A DNA stretch of 64,000 bases from Octopus sinensis (Eukaryota): the NCBI RefSeq assembly GCF_006345805.1, contig NC_043004.1:76880001-76944000 (forward strand), given 5' to 3'. Made by a program: the position numbers and the translations under genes. The number at the start of each line of letters is the position of its first letter. Position 1 is the first letter of the stretch. Shown piece after piece: positions 39,197 through 50,794 of this stretch. The notes beneath the pieces were generated by a model, which did not search any database, had not been told where the DNA came from, and worked only from the letters and a program-made list of their open reading frames with translations.

Positions 39197-39807
39197 TTTG
39201 AGTGTCTGTGTTTGCCCCCACCACATGTTCTGAGCTCAAAAACTTACAAAAAATAAAAAAATAAATAAAAGGTGTATGACAGGCTTCCATACAGTTTCCA
39301 TTACCATATTTGCTCACAAGGCATTGCTTGGCTTTGAGCTATAGTAAAAAGCACTTGACAAGGTGCTGCACATTCGGAGTGAACTTGAAACCATGTGACA
39401 GCAAAGTGAGTTTCATAAAATTATCAGGTTTACAGCACAACTTTTGGAACATTGATAAAATAAGATACCACGTCTTAATAAGATTTATACTTAAAAACAT
39501 TGACTGCAAAAGTCCTGATATTATCACTAGCTCTAACTTTGCACCTTGTTATAATTAATCTTTCTAATCTTGGCTCAAGGCCAGGAATTTTGAGGAGTGG
39601 GGGAAGTCAATAACATCAACCCCGGTGATCAACTGGTACTTAATTTATTAACCTTGAAAGGATGACAGATGAATTTGACCTCAGCAGGATTTGAACTCAG
39701 AATGTAACAAGCTGGAGGAAGTGCTGGTAAGCAGTTTGTCCAATGTGCTGATGAATCTGCCAGTTTGTCGCATCATATTGTAATTATTATCTCTTATCTC
39801 TTTTATC

Positions 39808-40197
39808 TCTTTTACTTGTTTCAGTCATTTGACTGTGGCCATGCTGGAGCACCGCCGTTAGTCGAGCAAAACGACCCCAGAACTTATTCTTTGTAAGCCT
39901 AGTACTTATTCTATCAGTCTCTTTTGCCGAACCGCTAAGTTACGGGGGACGTAAACACACCAGCATCAGTTGTCAAGCAATGCTAGGGGGACAAACACAG
40001 ACACACAAACACACACATATATATATATACCTATATATGACGGGCTTCTTTCAGTTTCCATGTACCAAATCCACTCACAAGGCTTTGGTCGGCCCGAGGC
40101 TATAGTAAAAGACACTTGCCCAAGGTGTCACACAGTGGGACTGAACCCGGAACCATGTGGTTGGTAAGCAAGCTACTTACCACACAGCCACTCCTGC
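39808..40197 (-). mobile_element. SINE family A
   Basis: Full-length reverse-complement match. Confidence 0.9.
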
Positions 40198-40209
40198 AGA
40201 AGGTTAGGA

Positions 40210-40771
40210 ATTTCCGGGTTGTTGGTAAGCCTATAACATTGACCCCTAGTGCTCAACAAATATGTATTTTATTGACCCTAAAAGGATGAGAAGTAAAGTT
40301 GAACTCAGCAGAATTCAAACTCAGAAAGTAAGGAAAGACAAAATGCCGTTATGCGTTTTGCCCAGCATGCTAACAATTCTTTTCTACTCTAGGCACAAGG
40401 CCCGAAATTTTTGGTGAGGGGCCAGTCGATTAGGTCAACCCGAGTACGCAACTGGAACTTAATTTATCAACCCCGAAAAAATGAAAGGCTTAGTCGACCT
40501 CAGCAGAATTTGAACTCAGAACATAAAGACAAATGAAATACCTATTTCTTTACTACCCACAAGGCTAAACACAGAGAGGACAAACAAAGACAGACAAATG
40601 GATTAAGTCGATTAAATCGACCCCAGTGCATAACTGGTACTTATTTAATTGACCCCGAATGGATGAAAGGCTTAGTCGACCTCAGCAGAATTTGAACTCA
40701 GAATATAGCAGCAGACAAAATACCGCTAAGCATTTCGTCCGGTGTGCTAACGTTTCTGCCAGCTCGCCACC
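40210..40771 (-). mobile_element. Tandem trimer of family B units
   Basis: Head at 40771; body repeated with a junction at 40542/40543; third unit 40210-40380. Confidence 0.8.
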
Positions 40772-41079
40772 TTCATGCTAACAATTCTGTCAGTTCAATG
40801 TCTTAGTCTAATTATAATTATTACTCGTACTTTAACACAACCAGCATAGATTTTAGAACCCATTCTTGACAATAATTTTTCGTAATTCTTTCTCTGGGCT
40901 TTCTTCAACTAAATTTAGCTTTCATTGACAGTGAGGTCATTAGCTCTTGCAATTGACCTTTGCTCTGCAGCCTGATAGAGATGATTGAAGATATTCTACA
41001 GAAAGAAGTGAAGTATCAATGAGCCAAATCCATAACCTGCAGTAGCATAGTGCAATGCTTTTATGGGGGTGCTTTTTAA

Positions 41080-41870
41080 CAGGAGTTGAGTGGAAAGAAA
41101 CCCCTTTTCATGATAATGTATGACATGGAGCCAAGAATATAGTAACAGGGAAACCAGGTCTGACTGGCATTGCAAGCAATCCAAAAGCTCATTTGGAAAT
41201 CTTTAGCTGGTTTATGCTTCAAGCTTTGATAAATGAAATTCCAGATCATAGAAACCAAAAAATTGAGAAGGTCAAGGAATGAAACAAATCCAAATACAAT
41301 GCTGCTGAAACAACAGTTCAGAAATTTCAGCTGTTTTAGAAATTATTGTCATCTCTGGTGCTCAGCAAGCTTCTCGTCACAATATTGAAGACCTCTGGAA
41401 TTTGGATGGAACTGGAATGGAATTGTTGTGTATCTGTGATGTCTTACAGATGCTTCAGATTTCTCTTATTGCAAATGCGTTTCAATGACAATGCCACAAG
41501 GGATGAGTGGTATGCAACTGACCACCTAGCTCCAATTCAAGACATTTTTGAAAAGGTGGTAGTTGCTTTTCATCAGATGTACAATCCTACAGAGCGTTTG
41601 ATTTGCGACAAAGCATATGGCTTTGTCCAATACAAGCCTCTGAAGCCAGCTAAATAAGGAATAAAGCTGAAATGCTTACATGATGCCAAAACTAATTCCA
41701 TATATAGTATGGAAAACAGCCTGATGGTCCATTTCAGCTTTCCAAATAATCACATGAAGTTACGCTGCATCTGGCTGCACCAATCTTTGGTACAGGCCGC
41801 CACCTGACAACCGACAATTGGTATACTAGTGTACTATTGGCTGAAAATCTCTTTGGAAAAAGTAACTCTT
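41080..41870 (+). pseudogene. piggyBac transposase relic
   Basis: MSYRCFRFLLLQMRFND, DHLAPIQDIF, QYKPLKPAK*GIK, GTGRHLTTDNWYTS; stops and a deletion after LICD; probable right end GGGTCAAATGAC...GGTTAA at 42563-42598. Confidence 0.85.
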
Positions 41871-41880
41871 ACAATATTTA

Positions 41881-42171
41881 AATTATTTACATTTGACGGA
41901 TATTTGTCCTCATCTTGTTTGTTGTTAACACAACCCTCCAGCCTTCATAATGTGTCTTGGGGAAATTTCAAACCTGGGTTCTCATTCCTAAGGTATTTTC
42001 CAATGTTGTTATTATTATTATTATTATTCAGGTCACTGCCTGGAATTTACATTATTTACATTTGACGGAGATTTGTTCGCGTATGGCGTAGTGGTTAAAA
42101 GCATGGGCTACTAACCCCAAAATTCCGAGTTCGATTCCAGGCAGTGACCTGAATGATGATGATGATGATGC

Positions 42172-42202
<31 letters not shown>

Positions 42203-42360
42203 GGTGGTGGTGGTGATGATGTCAAAAATACCCTAGGAAAGAGAACCCAGGTTCTCTCCAAGACACTTGATGAAGGTTGGAGGGTATATCAGCCGAAAAG
42301 TTGTGTTAACAACAAACAAGATGAGGACAAATATCCGTCAAATGTAAATAATGTAAATAG
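41881..42360 (+). mobile_element. SINE family E full copy (42079-42360) preceded by two inverted tail segments (41881-42045, 42046-42076)
   Basis: Head GCGTATGGCGTAGTGGTTAAAAGC...GAGTTCGATTCC; degenerate hammerhead at 42262-42307. Confidence 0.82.
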
Positions 42361-42692
42361 TGTAAAAGTAAAATAGTCCAACATTCAGAGTCCAAATGGG
42401 TGAAAATGACAAGTCACGTAAATCCTGGGTCCCTGGAGAACAGCCACCAGAAAACCTTCTCCAGTGTCCCGCATGTTAATCCCTCTAAGAGAGGCAGCTA
42501 GAGGAAAGAATAGATAATTTCAACTAACAATGCAAAAATTATGGTAAAAAATGTACCTTCATGGGTCAAATGACTCAAATCGAACTGATAATGGTTAACC
42601 ACTCAGCCATAACTGTATCTATGGATGGATAAATTTGTCACCTTTCATTTTTCTGGTATTCTGTTGGTTACAATTCTTTTGTTTCTTTTTCT

Positions 42693-43091
42693 TTTTTCTT
42701 GTTTCAGTCATTTGACTGTGGTCATGCTGGAGCACTGCCTTTTTGTCAAGCAAGTTGACCCCAGGACTAATTCTTTGTAAGCCTAGTACTTATTCTATCA
42801 GTGACTTTTGCTGAACTGCTAAGTTATGGGGATGTAAACACACCAGCATCAGTTGCCAAGCGATGTTGGGGAGACAAACACAGACACACAAACATACATA
42901 CATACATACATACATACATACAACACACACACATATACACTGGGATTATTTCAGTTTCCCTCTACCAAATCAATTCACAAGGCTTTGGTCGGCCCGAAGC
43001 TATTGTAGAAGTCTCTTGCCCAAGGTGCCACACAGTGGGACTGAACCCAGAACCACGTAATTGGTAAGCAAGCTACTTACCATACAGCCAC
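42693..43091 (-). mobile_element. SINE family A
   Basis: Reverse-complement match. Confidence 0.85.
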
Positions 43092-43104
43092 ACAATGATG
43101 AGGA

Positions 43105-43403
43105 TTCCAGGTGATTTGATCAACAGAACAGCTTGCTTGTGAAATTAATGTGCAAGTGGCTGAGCACTCCACAGACAGACACATGTATCCTTAACGTAGT
43201 TCTCAGGGAGATTTATCACGACACAGAATGAGATAAGTCTGGCCCCTTTGAATTACAGGTGCAATTCATTTTTGCCAGCTGAGTGGACTGGGACAACATG
43301 ATATAAAGTGTCTTTCTCAAGGATACAACGCACCACTGGGAATTGAACTCACGACCTCATAATCATGAGCTGCATACTCTAACCATTAAGCCACATGCCT
43401 TCA
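43105..43403 (-). mobile_element. Chimeric SINE: family I head plus family D type 1 tail
   Basis: Head and central part match 19080-19224; tail matches 8860-9020. Confidence 0.7.
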
Positions 43404-44362
43404 TGTTGACTTCCATAATTCATGGTTGATAGGTTACATACTTCTGGTATTTCCTATTGCAGGAAAAGCTTGAATTGCTTCTTGCTTCTTTTTCCTTTCT
43501 TTCTCTTTCCTTCTCTTGTAAATTATTCACTTATCACACAATAATCCATTAATAAATTCTTGTCTGTGACATGAATAGAATAAAGCATTTCCTGCGAGAT
43601 GACCTTTCCAAAGTGATGACTTTCACTTGCAACACAAATAAATGACCTCATTGGAATCTGAACACACCTGAGATGTGTTTTCTAGCTCATAAAAGACAGG
43701 AAAAGTATTTAAGGAATGGTTTGAGTGACAAGATTTTTACTTTTTTTTTTATTAAATTAGAAAAACACAAAATAATAAATGAAGGCTCAAAAGTAATTCA
43801 TTATTCTTTTATTCTTTTACTTGTTTCAGTCATTTGACTGTGGCTATGCTGGAGCACTGCCTAAATATATATTTTATTTTTGTATCCTTTACAAATGATT
43901 TAACAATAGTGTAGATGAATGTCTAATCTTTGACAGAACAATTAAAAAGAAGAAATGCAATCAAAAGAAAGCAGAAAAATATATCCGGTCCTTTTTTGTC
44001 TCAAAATATTCATTTAAAATGCATTGAAAGAATGTTAATATTATTCTGATAGTGGCATAGTAATTGCGGCAAGCTGGCAGAAATGTTAGCACGCCGGGCA
44101 AAATGCATAGTCGTATTTCTTCTGCCGTTTATGGAAATCATAAGCAAAAGCAAAATCAAATTTGATGACTGGCTTCCTTGCTAGCAGGGTGCAAAGAGCA
44201 CCATACAAGCATGATCATTGACAGAGCGGCTAACTGGCTTCCATGCCAGTGACACTTCGAGTGTGATTGTTACCTGCGTCGCCTTACTGGCACTTGTGCC
44301 CGTGCTTGTAGGGTGCCAAGAGCACCATCCAAGTGTGATCGTTGCCAGAGCAGCCAACTGGC

Positions 44363-45980
44363 TGTGGAATGACGTTAGCAGCTGGATGTCAGCAGCCGGG
44401 TGCGTTGACTGGAACCACGGCAAGCGGAAGGGGTCAGCTGTCAGGCGTGCGCAGGGAGCCGAAATAGCTTGTAGTGAGTGCGCGATTTGAATATAGAGGC
44501 ACCTACCTTCTCTTCGTAGTGACAGAGACCCTCCAGAGATGACTAGTCCTTCCTCACAGCCCCGACCCGAACACTAATGATAGCAGCTGCTAGCCCAAAC
44601 CCTTAGCGACGTCCTCGCACGTCTTGTCACCTGCACGACCCACGTTGGAAAAAAGGCGAGTGGTTGGAAGAACCGGAGGAGGCCCGGAGAGGGATAGCTG
44701 CGGCATGTCGGTTGGATGACTCTGAACTGAAGAAACTGCACGCTATGCATCACCTGGGTGTGGACAGGACCCTGTATCTGGCAAAAAAAAATTGATGATG
44801 ACGTCACTAGGAGAAGCGTCCGGAAGGTGGTCGGGAGCTGCGACAGGTGTCAGTCCATCGACCCTGCTCCATGTGGGCATGAACAGGGAAGCCTTTCCGT
44901 GGAGCAGAACTGGAAGAGGCTAGCTGTGGATGTGACACACTACCGTCAGCGAATGTACCTCTCCATGGTCGACTGTGGGCCGGGCCGGCTGGCCATTTGG
45001 AGGGAGTTGAGATCGGGCATTGCTGACGAGATCGTGCAGATCCTGAACGGGATATTTTTAGAGAGAGGTCCCGTGGAAGAACTACTGATGGACAATGGGG
45101 CGGCGTTTCATTCGGAAGCATTGAGGGTTATGCTTGATCGGTGGAACGTGCGACGCTTGTTCAGAGCAGCGTATAGGCCAGGCGGTAACGGGATCGTGGA
45201 GAGGCACCATCGGACAGTCAAGGCCATAGCGGAAAGAGGGCACATTTCGCCGCTTGAAGCAGTTTTTTGGTACAACTTGTCTCCCCGATCCGGACAAGCT
45301 GAGGAATCTGTGCCGCAGAGAGCTGTGTTCAAATATGAATGGAGGCACCCGAGCAAAGTGCCGGAGGGTCACGAGGAAGAGAAGGGACCCGTTCACATGA
45401 AAATAGGGGAGGAAGTCTGGGTCAAGCCACCAAAGGCGCGCTGTACGTCTCAATGGAGCAGAGGAACGGTGACTGCGATCAATTCCAGAAGCAACGTATC
45501 CGTAGATGGAACACCACGACACGTCTTGGACCTTCGCAGGATTGTTGCTTCGATGGACGATGATTCTGGAGAGGGGGAGAATGAGGAGCCCAGCTTGAGA
45601 AGATCTCGACGAGCAAGGCGCTCTCCCGGTTGGATGGTAGACTACAACATGGAGCGGAGAGATTGTGATCTTTAAGATCAGGGTGGCATGTGGGATGACG
45701 TTAGCAGCTGGACGTCAGCAGCCGGGTGCATTGACCGGAAGCGGGGCAAGCGGAAGGGGTCAGCTGTCAGGCATGCGCAGCGAGCGGAAATCGCCTTTTT
45801 TCCACCGTGGGTCGTGCAGGTGACAAGACATGCGAGGACGTCGCTAAGGGTTTGGGCTAGCAGCTGCTATCGTTAGTGTTCGAGTCGGGGCTGTGAGGAA
45901 GGACTAGTCATCTCTGGAGGGTCTCCGTCACTACGAAGAGAAGGTAGGTGCCTCTATATTCAAATCACGCACTCACTACA
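44363..45980 (+). mobile_element. Gypsy-type LTR retrotransposon derivative: internally deleted, left LTR partly inverted
   Basis: TG...CA termini; 5-bp TSD CTGGC at 44358-44362 and 45981-45985; right LTR 45689-45980 (292 bp). Confidence 0.9.
44660..45675 (+). pseudogene. Gypsy integrase coding region with one frameshift
   Basis: HAMHHLG...CDRC zinc-binding motif; DVTH, MDNG, GNGIVERHH catalytic motifs; frameshift in the A9 run at 44783-44791. Confidence 0.9.
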
Positions 45981-46321
45981 CTGGCTTCCGTGCCAGTCAC
46001 GCGTAAAAGGGCATCATTCGAGCGTGATTGTTACCTACATCGCCTTACTGGCACCTGTGCTGGTGGCATGTGTAAAAGGATTCGAGCGAGGTCGTTGCCA
46101 GTACCGCCTAACTGGCCCCCATGCTGGTGGCTCATAAAGGGCACCCACTACACTCTCGAAGTGCTTGGCGTTAGCAAGGGCATCCAGCTGTAGAAACTCT
46201 GCCAGATCAAGATTGGAACCTGGTGCAGTCATCTGGTTCACCAGCCCTCAGTCAAAATCGTCCAACCCATGCTAGCATGGAAAGCAGACGTTAAACAATG
46301 ATGATGATGATGATGATGATG

Positions 46322-46377
<56 letters not shown>

Positions 46378-46489
46378 GTATGTGTGTATGCATGTGTGTG
46401 TGTGCTTTTGTCTGTGTTTGTTTTCCACCACTGCTTGACAACGATGTTGATATATTTATGTTCCTGTAACTTAGCAGTCTGGCAAAGAG

Positions 46490-46750
46490 TTTATATTTAT
46501 GTTATTTTCCTTCCATATTTTATATGTATGTGTTGTTGTGTTTTCATTTTTTGGGTAGAGCACTGCTGTGAAGTATGCGTGTAAGATAGAAATGTCACGT
46601 GTCCATTTATGTCTTTTGGGTTTTATTTGCAGGACAAGAGGTACAACGTCTGGCCCATTATTTTGACGGTCGTCATTTTCGTAGGGTACCGGTCCGTTCA
46701 TTTCTGTTGTCACATTATTTCGCACAACATGAAACGACTAGATAAGCTAT
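46490..46750 (-). mobile_element. Probable R4/Dong-like ORF N-terminal fragment
   Basis: KPKRHKWTR..SILHAYFTAVLYPKNENTTTHTYKIWKEN resembles the N-terminus of R4/Dong ORFs (recalled, not searched). Confidence 0.5.
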
Positions 46751-47169
46751 TTTAAAGTTCAGATATTAAAGTCCAGTGTTCTCTCAAATTATCTAATTCA
46801 TTTGTAACACTCAAAACTACTTTCCCAAAATGGTTGGCTGTTATTTTCCTATTACAGTACGTCTCATCGTTCTTTTGACTTTAGGTTTATTGGCTAAAAG
46901 TGAAAATTGTAAAAAACTTTCTTATTGTTCTTGCCAAAAAGAAAATGGAGATATCATTGATCTTCAACAATTTGGAAGTAGAGTGTAAGTATAAGTTTTT
47001 ATCTTAATGTTAATTCAGGCTTATTTAACGAGGTTATGTGTACTGGAGATAATTTATGTAAGAGTTAAGAATTTTGGAAAGGTGGGAGGACAGACTGAAT
47101 AAAATGTATATATATGTATTTATACACACTCAAACACACACACATGTATATATATAAATATATATATAT

Positions 47170-47352
47170 ATATACAGGGAGAGTTTACGAAAAAACAAAA
47201 GACGAAGGCAGGTGGTGTATAAAACAAACAGATGTATTAGTATAGTGCTCAGGAATAGAAAATGTCTTTTACATTTCAAGCATACGCTCTTCTACAGAAA
47301 GGGACAGAAAAAACAAGGAGAGAAAAAAATGTGTGTAGTAGCTAACGATCTA
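47170..47352 (-). mobile_element. Family F Penelope-LTR-like repeat
   Basis: Reverse complement of 22128-22322; CTGTAGA core at about 47291-47297. Confidence 0.65.
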
Positions 47353-47519
47353 TCTATATATATGTGTGTGTGTGTGTGTTGCTAAAATTCCACCGAGGTT
47401 GACTTTGCCTTTCTTCCTCATGAGGTCAATAAATTGAGTACCAGTGAAGCACTGGGGTCGATGTGACCGACTGGTCCCCTCCCCACAAATTTCAGGCCTT
47501 GTGCCTCGAGTGGAGGGAA

Positions 47520-47585
47520 TTATTGTTGTTATTGTTGTTATTGTTATTATTATTATTATTATTATTATTAACATCATCATCATCA

Positions 47586-47622
<37 letters not shown>

Positions 47623-47645
47623 TATCATCATTATTATTATTATTA

Positions 47646-47692
<47 letters not shown>

Positions 47693-47722
47693 GTCATTAT
47701 TACTATTTTTATTATTATTACT
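47520..47722. repeat. (ATT)n compound microsatellite
   Basis: Direct inspection; source of the poly-I/L/N ORFs. Confidence 0.95.
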
Positions 47723-47727
47723 ATTTG

Positions 47728-48222
47728 GTGGTGCAATGGCCCAGAGTTTAGGGTGGCGGACTTGCGGTTTTGATTCACAGACCAGGCATTGTGAGTGTTT
47801 ATTGAGCGAAAACACCTAAAGCTCCAAGAAGCTTCAGCAGGGGGGGGGGGTGAACCCTGCTGTACTCTTTCACCACCACGTTTTCTCACTCTTTCTTCCT
47901 CCTGTTTCTGTTGTACCTGTATTTCAAAGGGCCAGCCTTGTCACACTCTGTGTCATGTTGAATCTCCCCGAGAACTATGTTAAGGGTGCACTTGTCTGTG
48001 GAGTGCTCAGCCACTTGCATGTTAATAAATGAGCTGCGATGTCACTGGTGCCAAGCTGTATCGGCCTTTGCCTTTCCCTTGGATAACATCGGTGGCGTGG
48101 AGAGGGGAGGCTGGTATGCATGGGCGACTGCTGGTCTTCCATAAACAACCTTGCCCAGACTTGTACCTCAGAGGTTAACTTTCTAGGTGCAATCCCATGG
48201 TCATTCATGACGGAAGGGGGTC
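47728..48222 (+). mobile_element. SINE family D (tail type 1) followed by a family I 3' part
   Basis: 47728-48027 matches 8853-9203; 48033-48222 matches 18903-19085. Confidence 0.8.
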
Positions 48223-49069
48223 ACAACAACAACAACAACAATACATATATATATATATATAGAACAATCTTACTTAGAAATGGATGCGTGCATTCCGTCA
48301 TATAATAAATTAATAAATAAAATAAAACATGCATATACATACATATCTGTATATTTACATGCATATATGGGTACAGGACACCAAAAAAACGTCGAACACA
48401 ATAAGAAACAAAAACATAAACACAAAACCAAGGAAATGGACATTTTTCTTAAACAACGAAAAAATAGAGCACAAGACATACAAAACAAGGAAAATTCCCC
48501 TTCTTCAGTCGCCTTTGTTTCATCTACTCCACGTTTCGAAGGTCAAGGCGAGACATGACTTTAATGAAACATTCCTTCCTGCGAAAAGCAAATTAAATAA
48601 AATTTGAGATTTTTTTGTGGAGGGATAAAAATGATAACAAAAACAGGACAGTAACGACAGTACAAAATATAAACAGTAAAAGACAGGACAAGAAGAATAA
48701 CAGTAACACAAACAAGAAGGGCTGTTAAGCCGAACGAGATAAAATATTACGAACGCTATTTTTGAGAATGGCGAAGGAGCCACAGAAAATGCTGTCTACA
48801 CTTGAAGGAAGCCAGGTCAGAAAGACAGTAGCAGAGCTCTCGTCATGGGTCAACAACGGGAGGGAGGAGGAGGAGCAAGAGAAAGAGAGAGAAAAAAAGG
48901 GAATGGTTGTAGAGAAAACCAGAAAGAATGAAGAATGAGAGAGAAAAGATGAAGACAAGTGTATGAGCAAACAAATGCATTAATTTGACACTCAGGAAAA
49001 ATGAAAAAGTCTTTTACGTTGTGTGCCTATGCTCTTCAACAGAAAGGAATAAGAGAAGGTAATAAGAGA

Positions 49070-49105
<36 letters not shown>

Positions 49106-49531
49106 GATATTGATCTTGGCCTTATATATATATATATATATATTCTTTTATTCTTTTATGTGTTTCAGCCAGGTGGCTGTGGTCATGCTGGAGCACCAGC
49201 ATGCGGCTGAATCTGTTTTTAGGCGACGACTTCCAAGGTGCATTTCCTTGCTGTCAGTACACTGTATATTTATTAAGGTAGTTGTGACTTTGAGAATCCC
49301 TTATAGCATGAGGCATTTACATGTAGTAATGCCCTTAATATAATAACTGTATTTAAAAAGGAAAAAATTAATTAGATTATGGCGTTAGGAAGGGCATCCA
49401 GCCGTAGAAACATTGCCAGATCAGACTGGGCCTGGTGCAGCCTTCTGGTTTCCCAGACCCCATTTGAACCGTCCAACCCATGCTAGCATGGAAAGCGGAC
49501 GCTAAATGATGATGATGATGATGATATATAT

Positions 49532-49957
49532 ATTATTTACATTTGACAGATATTTGTCCTCATCTTGTTTATTGTTAACACACTGTTTTGGTTGATATAC
49601 CCTCCAGCCTTCATCAGGCATATGGCATAGTGGTTAAGAACCCAGGCTACTAACCCCAAGATTCCAAGTTCGATTCCAGGCAGTGACCTAAATAATAATA
49701 ATAATAATAATGATAATTATAATAATAATAATTATAATAATAATAACAACAACAACAATGACAACAACAACAATATCATGGAAAAATACCTTAGGAATGA
49801 GAACCCAGGTTTGAAATTTCCCCAAGATACCTGAAGAAGATTGGAGGGTATATCAGCCAAAACATTGTGTTAACAACAAACAAGATGAGGAAAATATCTG
49901 TCAAATGTAAATGTAAATAATGTACATAATTCCTCATCTCTTAAATATAGAACTGTA
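49532..49957 (+). mobile_element. SINE family E (49619-49957) with inverted tail (49532-49618)
   Basis: ...CCAGCCTTCATCAGG|CATATGGCATAGTGGTTAAG junction; direct tail contains CTGAAGA at 49831. Confidence 0.85.
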
Positions 49958-49960
49958 TTA

Positions 49961-50007
<47 letters not shown>

Positions 50008-50435
50008 TTAATTGCTATTTTTTGAAAACCAGTGGATGAGTTCCACTGAATATATATAAACCTTTGAAGAAACAGTCATGAGCAATGCCTGCTGGGTTCG
50101 ATTACTCCACATTGATAAAAGGCAAATACTCTGAAACTAGTCTGTGGGTGTCTGAACCAGCATGAGGAAGCTGATGAGCTCTCCTTTCCGATGGTTGTAA
50201 TGGACACAGGTTTGTGTGTCACATAGCTAGCTAGAGGTGATAGCCTCTTACAGCTATTCAACAGTAGCATTCGTCCTATTTTCCTGGACTGCCATGTTAG
50301 CTTAGCAATAACTATTATTTCCCGATATATATATACATATATATATTAGAAGCAAGGTAAAAATAATGGTCATTACATATTATTCCTTTATTGGAGCAAA
50401 TTTGGTTTACAGCTGTTTCCAGCCTTTACTATAGT

Positions 50436-50794
50436 AGTGTCTTCTACTCTAACCTCGGGCCGACCAAAGCCTTGTGAGTAGATTTGGTAGACGGAAACTG
50501 AAAGAAGCTCGTCATATATATGTATATATATGTGTGTGTGTGTGGTGTGTGTGTGTGTGTGGTGTGTGTGTGTGTGTGTATATGTTTGTGTGTCTGTGTT
50601 TGTCCCCCAACATCACTTGACAACCAATGCCGGTGTGTTTACATCCCCAAAATGTAGCAGTACAACAAAAGAGACCGAGAGAATAAGTACTAGGCTTACA
50701 AAGAATAAGTCCTCGGGTTGATTTGCTTAACTAAATGCAGTGCTCCAGTATGGCCACAGTCAAATGACTGAAACAAGTAAAAGAGTAAAAGAGT
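50436..50794 (+). mobile_element. SINE family A, 5'-truncated
   Basis: Matches 63075-63391. Confidence 0.85.

Larger units (their letters stand above)
44140..46322 (+). mobile_element. RTE-type 3' UTR split by the LTR element
   Basis: Repeat units and tail continue across the CTGGC duplication and end in (GAT)n. Confidence 0.75.

Noticed and set aside
42079-42150. tRNA gene (also the heads at 22840, 57296 and 62990)
   Set aside because: A and B boxes are present, but there is no complete acceptor stem and each runs into a SINE body.
47350-47889. Poly-I, poly-L and poly-N ORFs
   Set aside because: Translation of (ATT)n plus adjacent SINE sequence.
48499-48585. Permuted or degenerate hammerhead on the minus strand (CGAAACGTG ... 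CTGAAGA)
   Set aside because: GUG triplet and no convincing stem I.
50171-50200. CTGATGAG core
   Set aside because: No stem II plus GAAA downstream.
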